Shown here: positions 43,059 to 51,046 of the stretch, one piece after another
How positions within the stretch are numbered: the first letter of the stretch is position 1
Layout: the number at the start of each line of letters is the position of its first letter
DNA from: Candidatus Sericytochromatia bacterium
Lineage (GTDB): Bacteria; Cyanobacteriota; Sericytochromatia; S15B-MN24; VGJW01
Direction: 5' to 3'
Length of the DNA: 64,000 bases
NCBI GenBank assembly: GCA_035286125.1
Contig: JAYKIS010000037.1
Span: 5,365-69,364, forward strand
The notes under the pieces: generated by a model
Database searches by the model: none
What the model was told of the DNA's origin: nothing
Seen by the model: only the letters and a program-made list of their open reading frames with translations
Position numbers and translations under genes: made by a program

Positions 43059-43762
43059 TCGGGGACATCCTGCTCGAGGCTCGTGGTGTCAGCCTGCTCG
43101 CGGGTGGCCGCATCCTTGCGGACGGCATCGACCTCGAGGTCCGGGCTTCGGAACGGGTCTGTCTCGTGGGGCCTTCGGGTGCGGGCAAGTCGGTGCTCCT
43201 GAAGACGCTCATCGGCGCCATGCGACCTGCCAGTGGCGAGATTCTCCTGCTGGGCGGCGATCCGGCGGTCCTTCCCGAGGGCATCGCCCGGCATTTGGGC
43301 ATGGCCTTTCAGGATGGTGCGCTCTTCCCTTCGATGACCGTGGGCGAGAACGTTGCCTTGCCGCTGGAACTGGCCGGCCTGGCGAGCGAGGTTCGTGACA
43401 GGGTGCCCGAGGTGCTCCGTCGGGTCGGCCTCGAGGATGCCTCGGATCGCCGGCCGATGGACCTTTCGGGCGGCATGCGAAAGCGTGCCGGGCTCGCTCG
43501 TGCGCTGGTCATGAGACCGCGGTTGCTTCTGCTGGACGAACCGACCAGCGGGCTGGATCCCGTCACGGCCCGGGACATGGCCGAGGTCGTGGCGGATGCC
43601 GCCGAGGATGCGGGCTTGCTCGTCGTTACCCACGATCCGGTCCTGGTGGCACGCCTCGGGGAGCGGGTCCTGGTCCTCGAGGGAGGTCGGCTGCGGCCGT
43701 CGTCGGGTGACCCGTGGTGGCAGGCCTTCCTCGCGGCAAGTCATGCCGGGCCGCCATGCTAG
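43055..43762 (+). CDS. MlaF/Mkl-like ABC ATPase
   Basis: Walker A GPSGAGKS, signature LSGGMRKR, Walker B LLLLDEPTSGLD. ATGA overlap at 43055. Confidence 0.9.
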   Translation: MIGDILLEARGVSLLAGGRILADGIDLEVRASERVCLVGPSGAGKSVLLKTLIGAMRPASGEILLLGGDPAVLPEGIARHLGMAFQDGALFPSMTVGENVALPLELAGLASEVRDRVPEVLRRVGLEDASDRRPMDLSGGMRKRAGLARALVMRPRLLLLDEPTSGLDPVTARDMAEVVADAAEDAGLLVVTHDPVLVARLGERVLVLEGGRLRPSSGDPWWQAFLAASHAGPPC

Positions 43763-43772
43763 ACTGCCGCTG

Positions 43773-44651
43773 ATGGTCCCCGATTGGCGACGCCTGACCC
43801 CATGGCGCGGGGGGCTGTTGGCCATGGCCCTGACGCTGGCTGCTGGTGTGGCCTTGTGGTTCGGTCTCTCGCCGGGCAGTTCGCTCGGCGGGATGCGCGT
43901 GACGGCTCGATTCACCGACGTCACCGGGCTGCCCCGGGACGGCGTCGTCCAACTTGGCGGTGTTCCCGTGGGCAGGGTCGTCAACCTCTCCTGGCGAGAA
44001 GGAGCGGCCGAGGTCGCCATGGTCCTCGATCGGCGGTTGGCCTTGCCCCGGGATACCGAGGCCGTCCTGCGGGCCCGAAGTCTACTGGGCGAGCGCTTCA
44101 TCGACCTGCGTCCCGGTGCGCGTCCCGATCAGCCGCTCCGGGAGGGTGATCGCCTCGAACGGACCCGCCGCACGCCTGATCTGGACAGCCTGCTTGGTGC
44201 CCTTCCGGCAGCGTCGGTCGAAGGACTTGCTGAAGGAGTCACCGGTACCGTCGTCGAGATGCGCCAGTTGGTACGCCGGCTGGATGCCACACTCGACCGG
44301 GTCGACAGGACGTTGGCAGTCGTGGAGCGCCTGTCGGTCGAGACCGGCAAGGACGTGGGAACCCTGCGCCAGATGGCCGAGGAGCTGCGGCCTGCGCTGC
44401 AGGGCACGCTCAGGGATACGGGTCGTGCGGCGCGTACGCTCGATCGGGTGCTTGACCGTGAGGTCGCGGCGTTCCTTGCCGAGGGTACCCGGACTGTGCA
44501 CAGACTCGACAAGCTCTCCTTGCGCCTGGACGGAACGCTGGTGCGTCTCGATCCGGTGCTGGACCAGGCGAAGGAGGTGGTCGACCCCGACTATCTGCGA
44601 CGCCTCTTCCGCGAGGAAGGCGTCCGGGTCCACGTCGCGCCGTTCCGCTGA
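43773..44651 (+). CDS. MCE/MlaD-family substrate-binding protein with a helical C-terminal extension
   Basis: N-terminal TM helix, then the MCE core (VTARFTDVTGLPRDGVVQLGGVPVGRV...AEVAMVL), then a long helical repeat tail. Confidence 0.8.
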   Translation: MVPDWRRLTPWRGGLLAMALTLAAGVALWFGLSPGSSLGGMRVTARFTDVTGLPRDGVVQLGGVPVGRVVNLSWREGAAEVAMVLDRRLALPRDTEAVLRARSLLGERFIDLRPGARPDQPLREGDRLERTRRTPDLDSLLGALPAASVEGLAEGVTGTVVEMRQLVRRLDATLDRVDRTLAVVERLSVETGKDVGTLRQMAEELRPALQGTLRDTGRAARTLDRVLDREVAAFLAEGTRTVHRLDKLSLRLDGTLVRLDPVLDQAKEVVDPDYLRRLFREEGVRVHVAPFR

Positions 44652-44663
44652 CCCGTACGGGCG

Positions 44664-45197
44664 TCAGTAGTCGACGCGCAGCCTTGGCTGGGTAGCGTCG
44701 CGTTCGGCCGTTGCCTCGGCCGCCTGCCAGGCCTCCCACGCCCCCAGTCCCCAGGGGACCATCGCGGCAAGCATGCCCAGGGCGGCACCGGGCAACAGGT
44801 TGCCATCGGCGCCGATGAAGCGGCCGGTGAACAGGGCCTGGCTCGCAAGGCCGACAAAGGCTCCGCTGGCCATCGTCACGCCGGCGACGGTCCAGCCTCG
44901 TCCCTGCTGGCCCAGCCAGATCTGTCCGCCACCCGGCAGGGCTACGCCCATGCCCATGGCGATCCATGGATTAGGTGCCGTCGCGAGGGCGATGGTTTCC
45001 CGGGGCACCTTGACGACACCCGAGGCCGTGACGACCTCGAGCGTGCTCTCGTCCTGCTTCTGGATACGGCCCTCCAGCCGGGTGCCGTTCCGCAGATACA
45101 GGGTTTCGGCGCTGGCAGGGCCTGCGTGCAGCAGCACCGGAGCGGCCATCAGGCTCGCCAGCGTGACGGCGGGGAGGGGCGGGGAAAGGGATGGCAC
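44664..45197 (-). CDS. Hypothetical membrane protein (signal peptide, small beta domain, two or three TM helices)
   Basis: GTG start 5 nt after GAGGA. Signal-like PLPAVTLASLMAAPVLLHAGPASA. Gly-rich TM segments. It lies 9 nt downstream of glcE. Confidence 0.55.
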   Translation of the reverse strand: MPSLSPPLPAVTLASLMAAPVLLHAGPASAETLYLRNGTRLEGRIQKQDESTLEVVTASGVVKVPRETIALATAPNPWIAMGMGVALPGGGQIWLGQQGRGWTVAGVTMASGAFVGLASQALFTGRFIGADGNLLPGAALGMLAAMVPWGLGAWEAWQAAEATAERDATQPRLRVDY

Positions 45198-45205
45198 GGG
45201 ATTCC

Positions 45206-46396
45206 TCAAGCCAGACAACCGGGCAAGGCGTCCGGGTTCATGATGTCGTCCGGATCGCAGGTCCGCTTGAGGGCCAGCCCCAGACCGCCATCCGTTCGGG
45301 ATGGCCCTTGCTGGCCCGCCCCCGGGCCGACGACGATCTGCCACAGTCCTCCGCCTGCCTCGACCCAGTTGTGGATCGGAGGAGCCGGCATGTCGGGATC
45401 TCCCCACAAGGCAAGGTCTAGCCGTCCCCTTCCGGGGTCTCCCGAGAAGGCCCAGCGTCGCCCCTCGGCCTTTCTCGTCTCCAGCCAGCCGGCAAGGGTC
45501 TGCAGGGTCGGGATGATCCGTGAGGGCAGGATGGCGAGGGTCCATGCCAGCCTTGGGGGATCCGGATCGGCCCAGAGGGGGCCGAGGCTCCGGTGGCGAC
45601 AGGCTGCGGGCAGCGAATCCGAACCGGATACGGGCCACCGCGCCGAAACGGCCCGGACGACGAGCGAAGCGCCTTCGAGGCCGGCCAGCAGGCTCCATGA
45701 GAGGGGGGTGCCCCACGGCAGCCCCTCGACCGGCTGCCATGCGAGGGCATCCTCTCGGGCAGGCGTCGCCGAGGTGATGCGGAGCCACGTCAGAGGCGCA
45801 TGCCACCAGGGCTGCAGGGCCTCCGACAGAGGCTCGGCGCCATTGCCTTCCTGTCTGAACTCGACCCAAGCCTCGGGTGCCGGCGCGACCTTGAAGGTCA
45901 CGGATAGCAGCAGGCCCAGCGTGCCTCGGCTGCCGCACCACAGCCGGACGGCGTCATACCCGGCGACGTTCTTGACGACCCGAGCGCCGATGCGCTGGGG
46001 CACACCCGATCCCAGGACGGTATCCGCGCCAAGGACCCAGGCGCGCGGCATGCCTCGCCCGTGAAGGCGCGGGCCTGTGGTGCCGTGGGCGACCAGCCCG
46101 CCGACAGTACCTCCCTCGGGTGCATCGAGGGGCAATGCCTGGCCTTCGATGGAGAGGCGGTCGGCAAGCTCGGCAACGGTCATGCCTGCCGGTGCCGTCA
46201 CGATGAGGTCTTCGGGGTGGTGGAGCCATTCGCCTGCGCTTGCGAGGACCCGCACCTCCCGGCCCTGCGGGGTGCCGGACAGGGGGCGTGTCCCCCCGCC
46301 GACCGGCCTGAGCAGGGTGCGGGTGGCCCGAGCCTCCCGGATGAGGCGCACGGCTTCTTCCGGATGAGCGATTCGCAGGCTGGTGGCGTCGCTCAT
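45206..46396 (-). CDS. glcE: Glycolate oxidase FAD-binding subunit GlcE-like
   Basis: FAD-binding PCMH-type N-domain (RPVGGGTRPL...; VKNVAGYD). Its start overlaps the glcD stop. The track ORF extends spuriously to 46846. Confidence 0.75.
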   Translation of the reverse strand: MSDATSLRIAHPEEAVRLIREARATRTLLRPVGGGTRPLSGTPQGREVRVLASAGEWLHHPEDLIVTAPAGMTVAELADRLSIEGQALPLDAPEGGTVGGLVAHGTTGPRLHGRGMPRAWVLGADTVLGSGVPQRIGARVVKNVAGYDAVRLWCGSRGTLGLLLSVTFKVAPAPEAWVEFRQEGNGAEPLSEALQPWWHAPLTWLRITSATPAREDALAWQPVEGLPWGTPLSWSLLAGLEGASLVVRAVSARWPVSGSDSLPAACRHRSLGPLWADPDPPRLAWTLAILPSRIIPTLQTLAGWLETRKAEGRRWAFSGDPGRGRLDLALWGDPDMPAPPIHNWVEAGGGLWQIVVGPGAGQQGPSRTDGGLGLALKRTCDPDDIMNPDALPGCLA

Positions 46397-47808
46397 CGGG
46401 GTTGGTCCTCGAGGCAGGAGCGGATAGGCAGGGCCTTGTCGGGGTTCCATCTCCCCCATGGGTCCCAGGCATGGCGGACGGCCTGCTGCCACGCCAGGGC
46501 GTCGGCATCGAACATCTTCCCGAGCGCGGCACGCTTTTCGAGGCCTATGCCGTGTTCGCCGGTCAGGGTGCCCCCCATGGCCATGCACATGTCGAGGATG
46601 TCGAGGCCGGCCTGCTCGACGGCACGGACCCGTTCCGGATCGGCTGCATCGAAAAGGACCACGGGGTGCAGATTGCCATCGCCGGCGTGAAAGACGTTGG
46701 CGATGGCAAGGCCGTGGGAGTGGCCGATTTCCGCGATTCTTTCCAGGGCCTCGGGCAGCAGGGACGGCCGGATCACGCCGTCCTGGATGATCTGGGCCGG
46801 GGCCAGCCGGCCCAGGGCGGCTACCGCTTTCTTGCGCGCCAGCCACAAGCGATCACGTGCCGCAGGGTCGTGGGCCGTGTGCACCGGGTTGGCACCTGCC
46901 GCGACGAGCACGGTCTCGAGGAGGCACGCCTCGGCCGCGACCTCGGGCGGGGTCCCGTCGAGCTCGATCAGCAGCAGGGCCGCGGCCTCCCGAGGCAAGC
47001 CGGCGGCGAAGGCATCCTCGACTGCCGCGACGACCTGCCTGTCGACCATTTCGAGGGCCGCAGGAAGAATGCCGCCCTTCAGGATCCGACCGACCCCCTC
47101 GGCTGCGGCGCGGACCGTCGAGAAGGCCGCAAGGACCGTGTGCACGGCCTGGGGACGGGGGACCAGCCTGACGGTTGCCTCGGCCAGGAAGCCGAGCGTT
47201 CCCTCGCTGCCCGTGAAGACCCCGAGCAGGTCGAGGCCGTGCCCGAGGCCCGTGGGATGTCCGAGCTCCACGATGGAGCCATCGCCCCGGACGACGCGGG
47301 CGGCGAGGACGTGTTGCACGGTCATCCCGTGCTTCAGCGTGTGGGGGCCTCCCGCATTCTCGGCGATGTTGCCCCCGAGCGTGCACGTCGACTGGCTCGA
47401 GGGATCGGGAGCAAACGTCAGGCCCAGGGGGCGCACCATCGCGTCGAGGTGCGCGTTGACCACACCCGGTTGCACGACTGCGAGGCCATCCTGCGCGGAC
47501 AGGGCCAGGATCCGCCGCATCCCCGAGGTCAGGACGACGACGGCATCCGGACTGGGCGTTGCGCCACCCGAGAGGCCCGTGCCGGCGCCCCTTGGCGTGA
47601 GGCACACGTCGTGCCGGGTCGCCCACCGGCAAAGCGTGACGAGGTCTCCCGTGGTCTCCGGCCGGACGACGGCCTGGGCCTTCATGCTGGCCAGCACATA
47701 GGCGTCACGATCATAGGCCCGCGCGATCGCCGGGCCGGACAGGACCTTGGTCGACCCGAGGCTGCGGGTCAACTCGGCGAGGGCCATGGCGGAAGGTGGA
47801 GTCGGCAC
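46393..47808 (-). CDS. glcD: Glycolate oxidase subunit GlcD (FAD-linked oxidase)
   Basis: PRGAGTGLSGGA and GGNIAENAGGPHTLKHG motifs and a C-terminal GTLTGEHGIGLEK. Start at GTG 47808 or ATG 47787. Confidence 0.9.
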   Translation of the reverse strand: MPTPPSAMALAELTRSLGSTKVLSGPAIARAYDRDAYVLASMKAQAVVRPETTGDLVTLCRWATRHDVCLTPRGAGTGLSGGATPSPDAVVVLTSGMRRILALSAQDGLAVVQPGVVNAHLDAMVRPLGLTFAPDPSSQSTCTLGGNIAENAGGPHTLKHGMTVQHVLAARVVRGDGSIVELGHPTGLGHGLDLLGVFTGSEGTLGFLAEATVRLVPRPQAVHTVLAAFSTVRAAAEGVGRILKGGILPAALEMVDRQVVAAVEDAFAAGLPREAAALLLIELDGTPPEVAAEACLLETVLVAAGANPVHTAHDPAARDRLWLARKKAVAALGRLAPAQIIQDGVIRPSLLPEALERIAEIGHSHGLAIANVFHAGDGNLHPVVLFDAADPERVRAVEQAGLDILDMCMAMGGTLTGEHGIGLEKRAALGKMFDADALAWQQAVRHAWDPWGRWNPDKALPIRSCLEDQPR

Positions 47809-47900
47809 CAGGCCATGCTAAGCCATCCCGCAAATTGGCCCTCCGTGCCCGATTCGGGTACCATGGCCCCGTAGTGGCAGGCGCCACGCGTCTATTTGCC

Positions 47901-48509
47901 TTGTTTACAGGTCTTGTTGAAGCCATCGGACGTGTCCAAGCCCGACACGAAGGCCGATTTACCTTTGCGGCCCCCTTTGCCTCCGAATTGGTGCGCGGAG
48001 AGTCCGTGGCCGTCTCGGGTGCCTGCCTGACGGTGGTGGATGTCGAGGGCGCGGGCTTCACAGTCGACGTCTCGGAGACAACACTTGCCATGACGACGAT
48101 GGGAAGCTGGCAGCCTGGCAGGGAAGTCAACCTCGAGCGTGCCTTGGCCCTCGGTGATCGCCTGGGCGGGCACCTCGTTTCCGGCCATGTCGAGGGCCTC
48201 GCGACCCTCGCCGCTGTCACGCCCCTGCCTGAGGGCGCCTACCGCTTGCAGTTCTCCGTCTCCCGGGATCAGCTTGCCCTGATGCTGCCCCAGGGGTCGA
48301 TCGCGGTCGACGGCGTCTCCTTGACCCTGAACGACGTGACTGACGACGGCTTTACGGTGACGATCATCCCCGAGACGTGGGCCCGGACAACGCTGTCCAG
48401 GTTGGTGCCGGGCGATCCCGTCCATCTAGAGAACGACATGCTGGCCAGGCATGTCCATCGCTGCCTCCAGCCGTGGCTGGAGAGGTTCGCCGCGCGAGGA
48501 GGCGCGTAA
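47901..48509 (+). CDS. ribE: Riboflavin synthase alpha chain
   Basis: The TTG start gives the canonical (M)FTGLVEAIG. There are two lumazine-binding repeats ([13 protein letters not shown] / [12 protein letters not shown]). Confidence 0.9.
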   Translation: MFTGLVEAIGRVQARHEGRFTFAAPFASELVRGESVAVSGACLTVVDVEGAGFTVDVSETTLAMTTMGSWQPGREVNLERALALGDRLGGHLVSGHVEGLATLAAVTPLPEGAYRLQFSVSRDQLALMLPQGSIAVDGVSLTLNDVTDDGFTVTIIPETWARTTLSRLVPGDPVHLENDMLARHVHRCLQPWLERFAARGGA

Positions 48510-48513
48510 CACC

Positions 48514-49710
48514 ATGACTCAGCTCGCAGAAATGCCCGAAGTCCTCGAGGCCCTTCGCCGGGGCGAGATGGTCGTCGTCGTCGACGACGAGGATCGCGAG
48601 AACGAGGGTGACCTCGTCATGATCGCCGAGCACGCGACGCCTGAGGCGATCAACTTCATGGCCACGCACGGCCGGGGCCTGATTTGTCTGACGCTGACGC
48701 CCGAGCGGGGCAAGGCCCTCGACCTGGGCCTGATGGTGCCCGAGAACGAGGGAACCGACGGCACGGCCTTCACGGTCTCGATCGATGCCGTACATGGCGC
48801 CACGACCGGCATCTCGGCCAAGGATCGGGCCAGGACCGTCGCCGTGTGCCTCGATCCCGCCTCCCGGCCCGAGGACCTCAGGCGTCCCGGTCATATCTTC
48901 CCCCTGATTGCCAAGCCAGGCGGCGTCCTTGCCCGCGCTGGCCATACCGAGGCCGCCTGTGACCTCGCGCGCCTTGCCGGTAGCGAGCCTGCCGGCCTCA
49001 TCTGCGAGGTGCTGCGTGACGATGGCGACATGGCTCGCCTGCCCGACCTGCTGGTCTTCGCGCGGACCCATGGTCTGCTGATCACGTCCGTGGCCAAGGT
49101 CATCGCCTGGCGGCTCGAGCGGGAGCGCTTCGTCGTACGCAAGACCGAAGCCCGTCTGCCGACCCGCCACGGCGAGTTCAAGGTCGTCGGCTACGAGAAC
49201 GTCCTGACCGGCGGGCAGCATCTCGCCCTGGTGATGGGTGATCCGACCCGGGAAGGCGTGCTGGTGCGCATGCATTCCGAATGCCTCACGGGTGATGCCT
49301 TCGGGTCGTTGCGGTGCGACTGCGGGCAGCAGCGCGAGGCGGCGCTCGAGGCCATTGCCCGGGAAGGGCACGGCGTCTTCGTGTACCTGCGCCAGGAGGG
49401 CCGGGGCATCGGCCTGCTCAACAAGCTTCATGCCTACCGCTTGCAGGATGAAGGCATGGATACCGTCGAGGCCAACCTCGAGCTCGGCTTCCCGCCCGAC
49501 CTGCGCGACTACGGTCAGGGAGCCCAGATCCTCGTTGAGCTGGGTGTCCGGCAGATGCGGCTGCTGACCAACAACCCCCGCAAGGTGGTCGCCCTCGAAG
49601 GGTATGGCCTCGAGGTCGGGGGACGCGTGCCGATGCCGGTGGAGCGCAACGCGTACAATGAAAGTTACTTGCGCACCAAGGCCGAAAAGCTGGGGCACAT
49701 CCTGTCCTGA
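48514..49710 (+). CDS. ribBA: Bifunctional 3,4-dihydroxy-2-butanone-4-phosphate synthase / GTP cyclohydrolase II
   Basis: [12 protein letters not shown] and [18 protein letters not shown] motifs. GAGGAGG RBS. Confidence 0.95.
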   Translation: MTQLAEMPEVLEALRRGEMVVVVDDEDRENEGDLVMIAEHATPEAINFMATHGRGLICLTLTPERGKALDLGLMVPENEGTDGTAFTVSIDAVHGATTGISAKDRARTVAVCLDPASRPEDLRRPGHIFPLIAKPGGVLARAGHTEAACDLARLAGSEPAGLICEVLRDDGDMARLPDLLVFARTHGLLITSVAKVIAWRLERERFVVRKTEARLPTRHGEFKVVGYENVLTGGQHLALVMGDPTREGVLVRMHSECLTGDAFGSLRCDCGQQREAALEAIAREGHGVFVYLRQEGRGIGLLNKLHAYRLQDEGMDTVEANLELGFPPDLRDYGQGAQILVELGVRQMRLLTNNPRKVVALEGYGLEVGGRVPMPVERNAYNESYLRTKAEKLGHILS

Positions 49711-49726
49711 GACAGGGGAGGCAATC

Positions 49727-50215
49727 ATGTCGGACAGGCTCGAAGGCGGACTTTCCGGTACGGGAAGGCGCTTTGCCATTGTCGCGTCGCGGTTCAATGA
49801 TTTGGTGGTCGAGCGTCTGGTTGCCGGCGCCCGCGACGCGCTGATCCGGCATGGCGTGGCTGCGGAAGACCTGGTCGAGGTCTGGGCTCCGGGTGCCTTC
49901 GAGCTCCCCGTCGTGACGGCCGGTTTGTTGCGCGATCGTCCCGACCTCGACGGCGTCGTGGTCCTCGGGTGTGTCATCCGTGGGGATACGGCGCATTTCG
50001 AACACGTCGCCTCGCCCGTGGCCGCGCAACTGGCGGCACTGGCCCGGGAGTCGGTCAAACCAGTCGGTTTCGGTGTCCTGACCACCGATACGCTCGAGCA
50101 AGCGCTCCAGCGTGCCGGCGCCAAGGCCGGCAACAAGGGTTGGGAGGCGGCCATGGCCGTCCTCGAGACGGCCAATCTCCTGCTCCGCATCCAGGGTGCC
50201 CCGCTGCGCCGTTAG
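49727..50215 (+). CDS. ribH: 6,7-dimethyl-8-ribityllumazine synthase
   Basis: RFAIVASRFN..., WAPGAFELP and GCVIRGDTAHFE motifs. GGGGAGG RBS. Confidence 0.95.
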   Translation: MSDRLEGGLSGTGRRFAIVASRFNDLVVERLVAGARDALIRHGVAAEDLVEVWAPGAFELPVVTAGLLRDRPDLDGVVVLGCVIRGDTAHFEHVASPVAAQLAALARESVKPVGFGVLTTDTLEQALQRAGAKAGNKGWEAAMAVLETANLLLRIQGAPLRR

Positions 50216-50264
50216 GCGTCCGGTGGCGAGGGGTACGCAAGGCTTGTCCTCGCTCCCTTCCGGA

Positions 50265-51044
50265 ATGCTGATGCCTGTCGTCTCACGTCGTGTCCTGCCC
50301 TTGCTGGCCACAGGCCTGCCGTGCGTGGTGCTGTGGGCGTGCTCGACACAGCCCCAGGGGTCGGCGACCACCACGGGTGCCAACCCGGTGCTGCCCCTGT
50401 CCGTCGGGGTGCAGGCAGGAACACCTCGTCCCCTGGTCTCGGCTTCCCCGACGACGCCGCCGCCGCTCTTCAAGCCGGTGACGCCCACGCCTGCGCCCAC
50501 TCCCACGCCGACCCTGGTCCCGATGGGTATCGCCATCGAACCGGCCGTGGCGCGCAACGAAGCCTATGCGTTCAACCAATTCTTCGTTCCTGCCGTCCCG
50601 GGCGAGGCCGAGAAACCCGACCTGCCCTACACGCGCGAGTGGGTTTCCGTCATCCAGTTCGGTCGTCCCGCCGGGGATGCCCTGCCCTCCGTCGTGGAAA
50701 CGACCCAGCCCGTTCTCGGCGCGTGGACGCTCTCTGCGACCGGCCGACGTGCGGCCATCGGTGCGGCAACGCCGGAACCCGGTGCCTTCGTCCTGTTGAC
50801 GGCCTTGCAGCCTGCGACGGCCTCCGAAGCTGCCGTCGCGACGGCCAGTCACGCCCGTATCCGGATCCTGCCCCAGGCGGAGCCCTTCCTGGGTGAGGTC
50901 ACGGCCCTCCTGACGGTGGCGCCTGCGGTGCCTGTCGCGTTCGTGCCCAGCCTGCCCGTGGCGCGGCGCGTGGCGACTGTCTCGATCGAGGCAGCCAATG
51001 TCGGGACGCCGCTGTTCCAGATCACTGGGCTGGGAGGACGGTAA
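50265..51044 (+). CDS. Lipoprotein of unknown function
   Basis: MLMPVVSRRVLPLLATGLPCVVLWACS (lipobox) followed by a Pro/Thr-rich linker. Its stop is 2 nt before the next gene. Confidence 0.65.
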   Translation: MLMPVVSRRVLPLLATGLPCVVLWACSTQPQGSATTTGANPVLPLSVGVQAGTPRPLVSASPTTPPPLFKPVTPTPAPTPTPTLVPMGIAIEPAVARNEAYAFNQFFVPAVPGEAEKPDLPYTREWVSVIQFGRPAGDALPSVVETTQPVLGAWTLSATGRRAAIGAATPEPGAFVLLTALQPATASEAAVATASHARIRILPQAEPFLGEVTALLTVAPAVPVAFVPSLPVARRVATVSIEAANVGTPLFQITGLGGR

Positions 51045-51046
51045 CC

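Noticed and set aside
47809-47900. Expected FMN (RFN) riboswitch upstream of the rib operon
   Set aside because: The intergenic region is only ~92 nt and I could not find the conserved RFN elements (for example the GGGGTGAAATTCC / CCGACGGT-type cores). ribD is also absent from this operon. Regulation is probably different or sits elsewhere.
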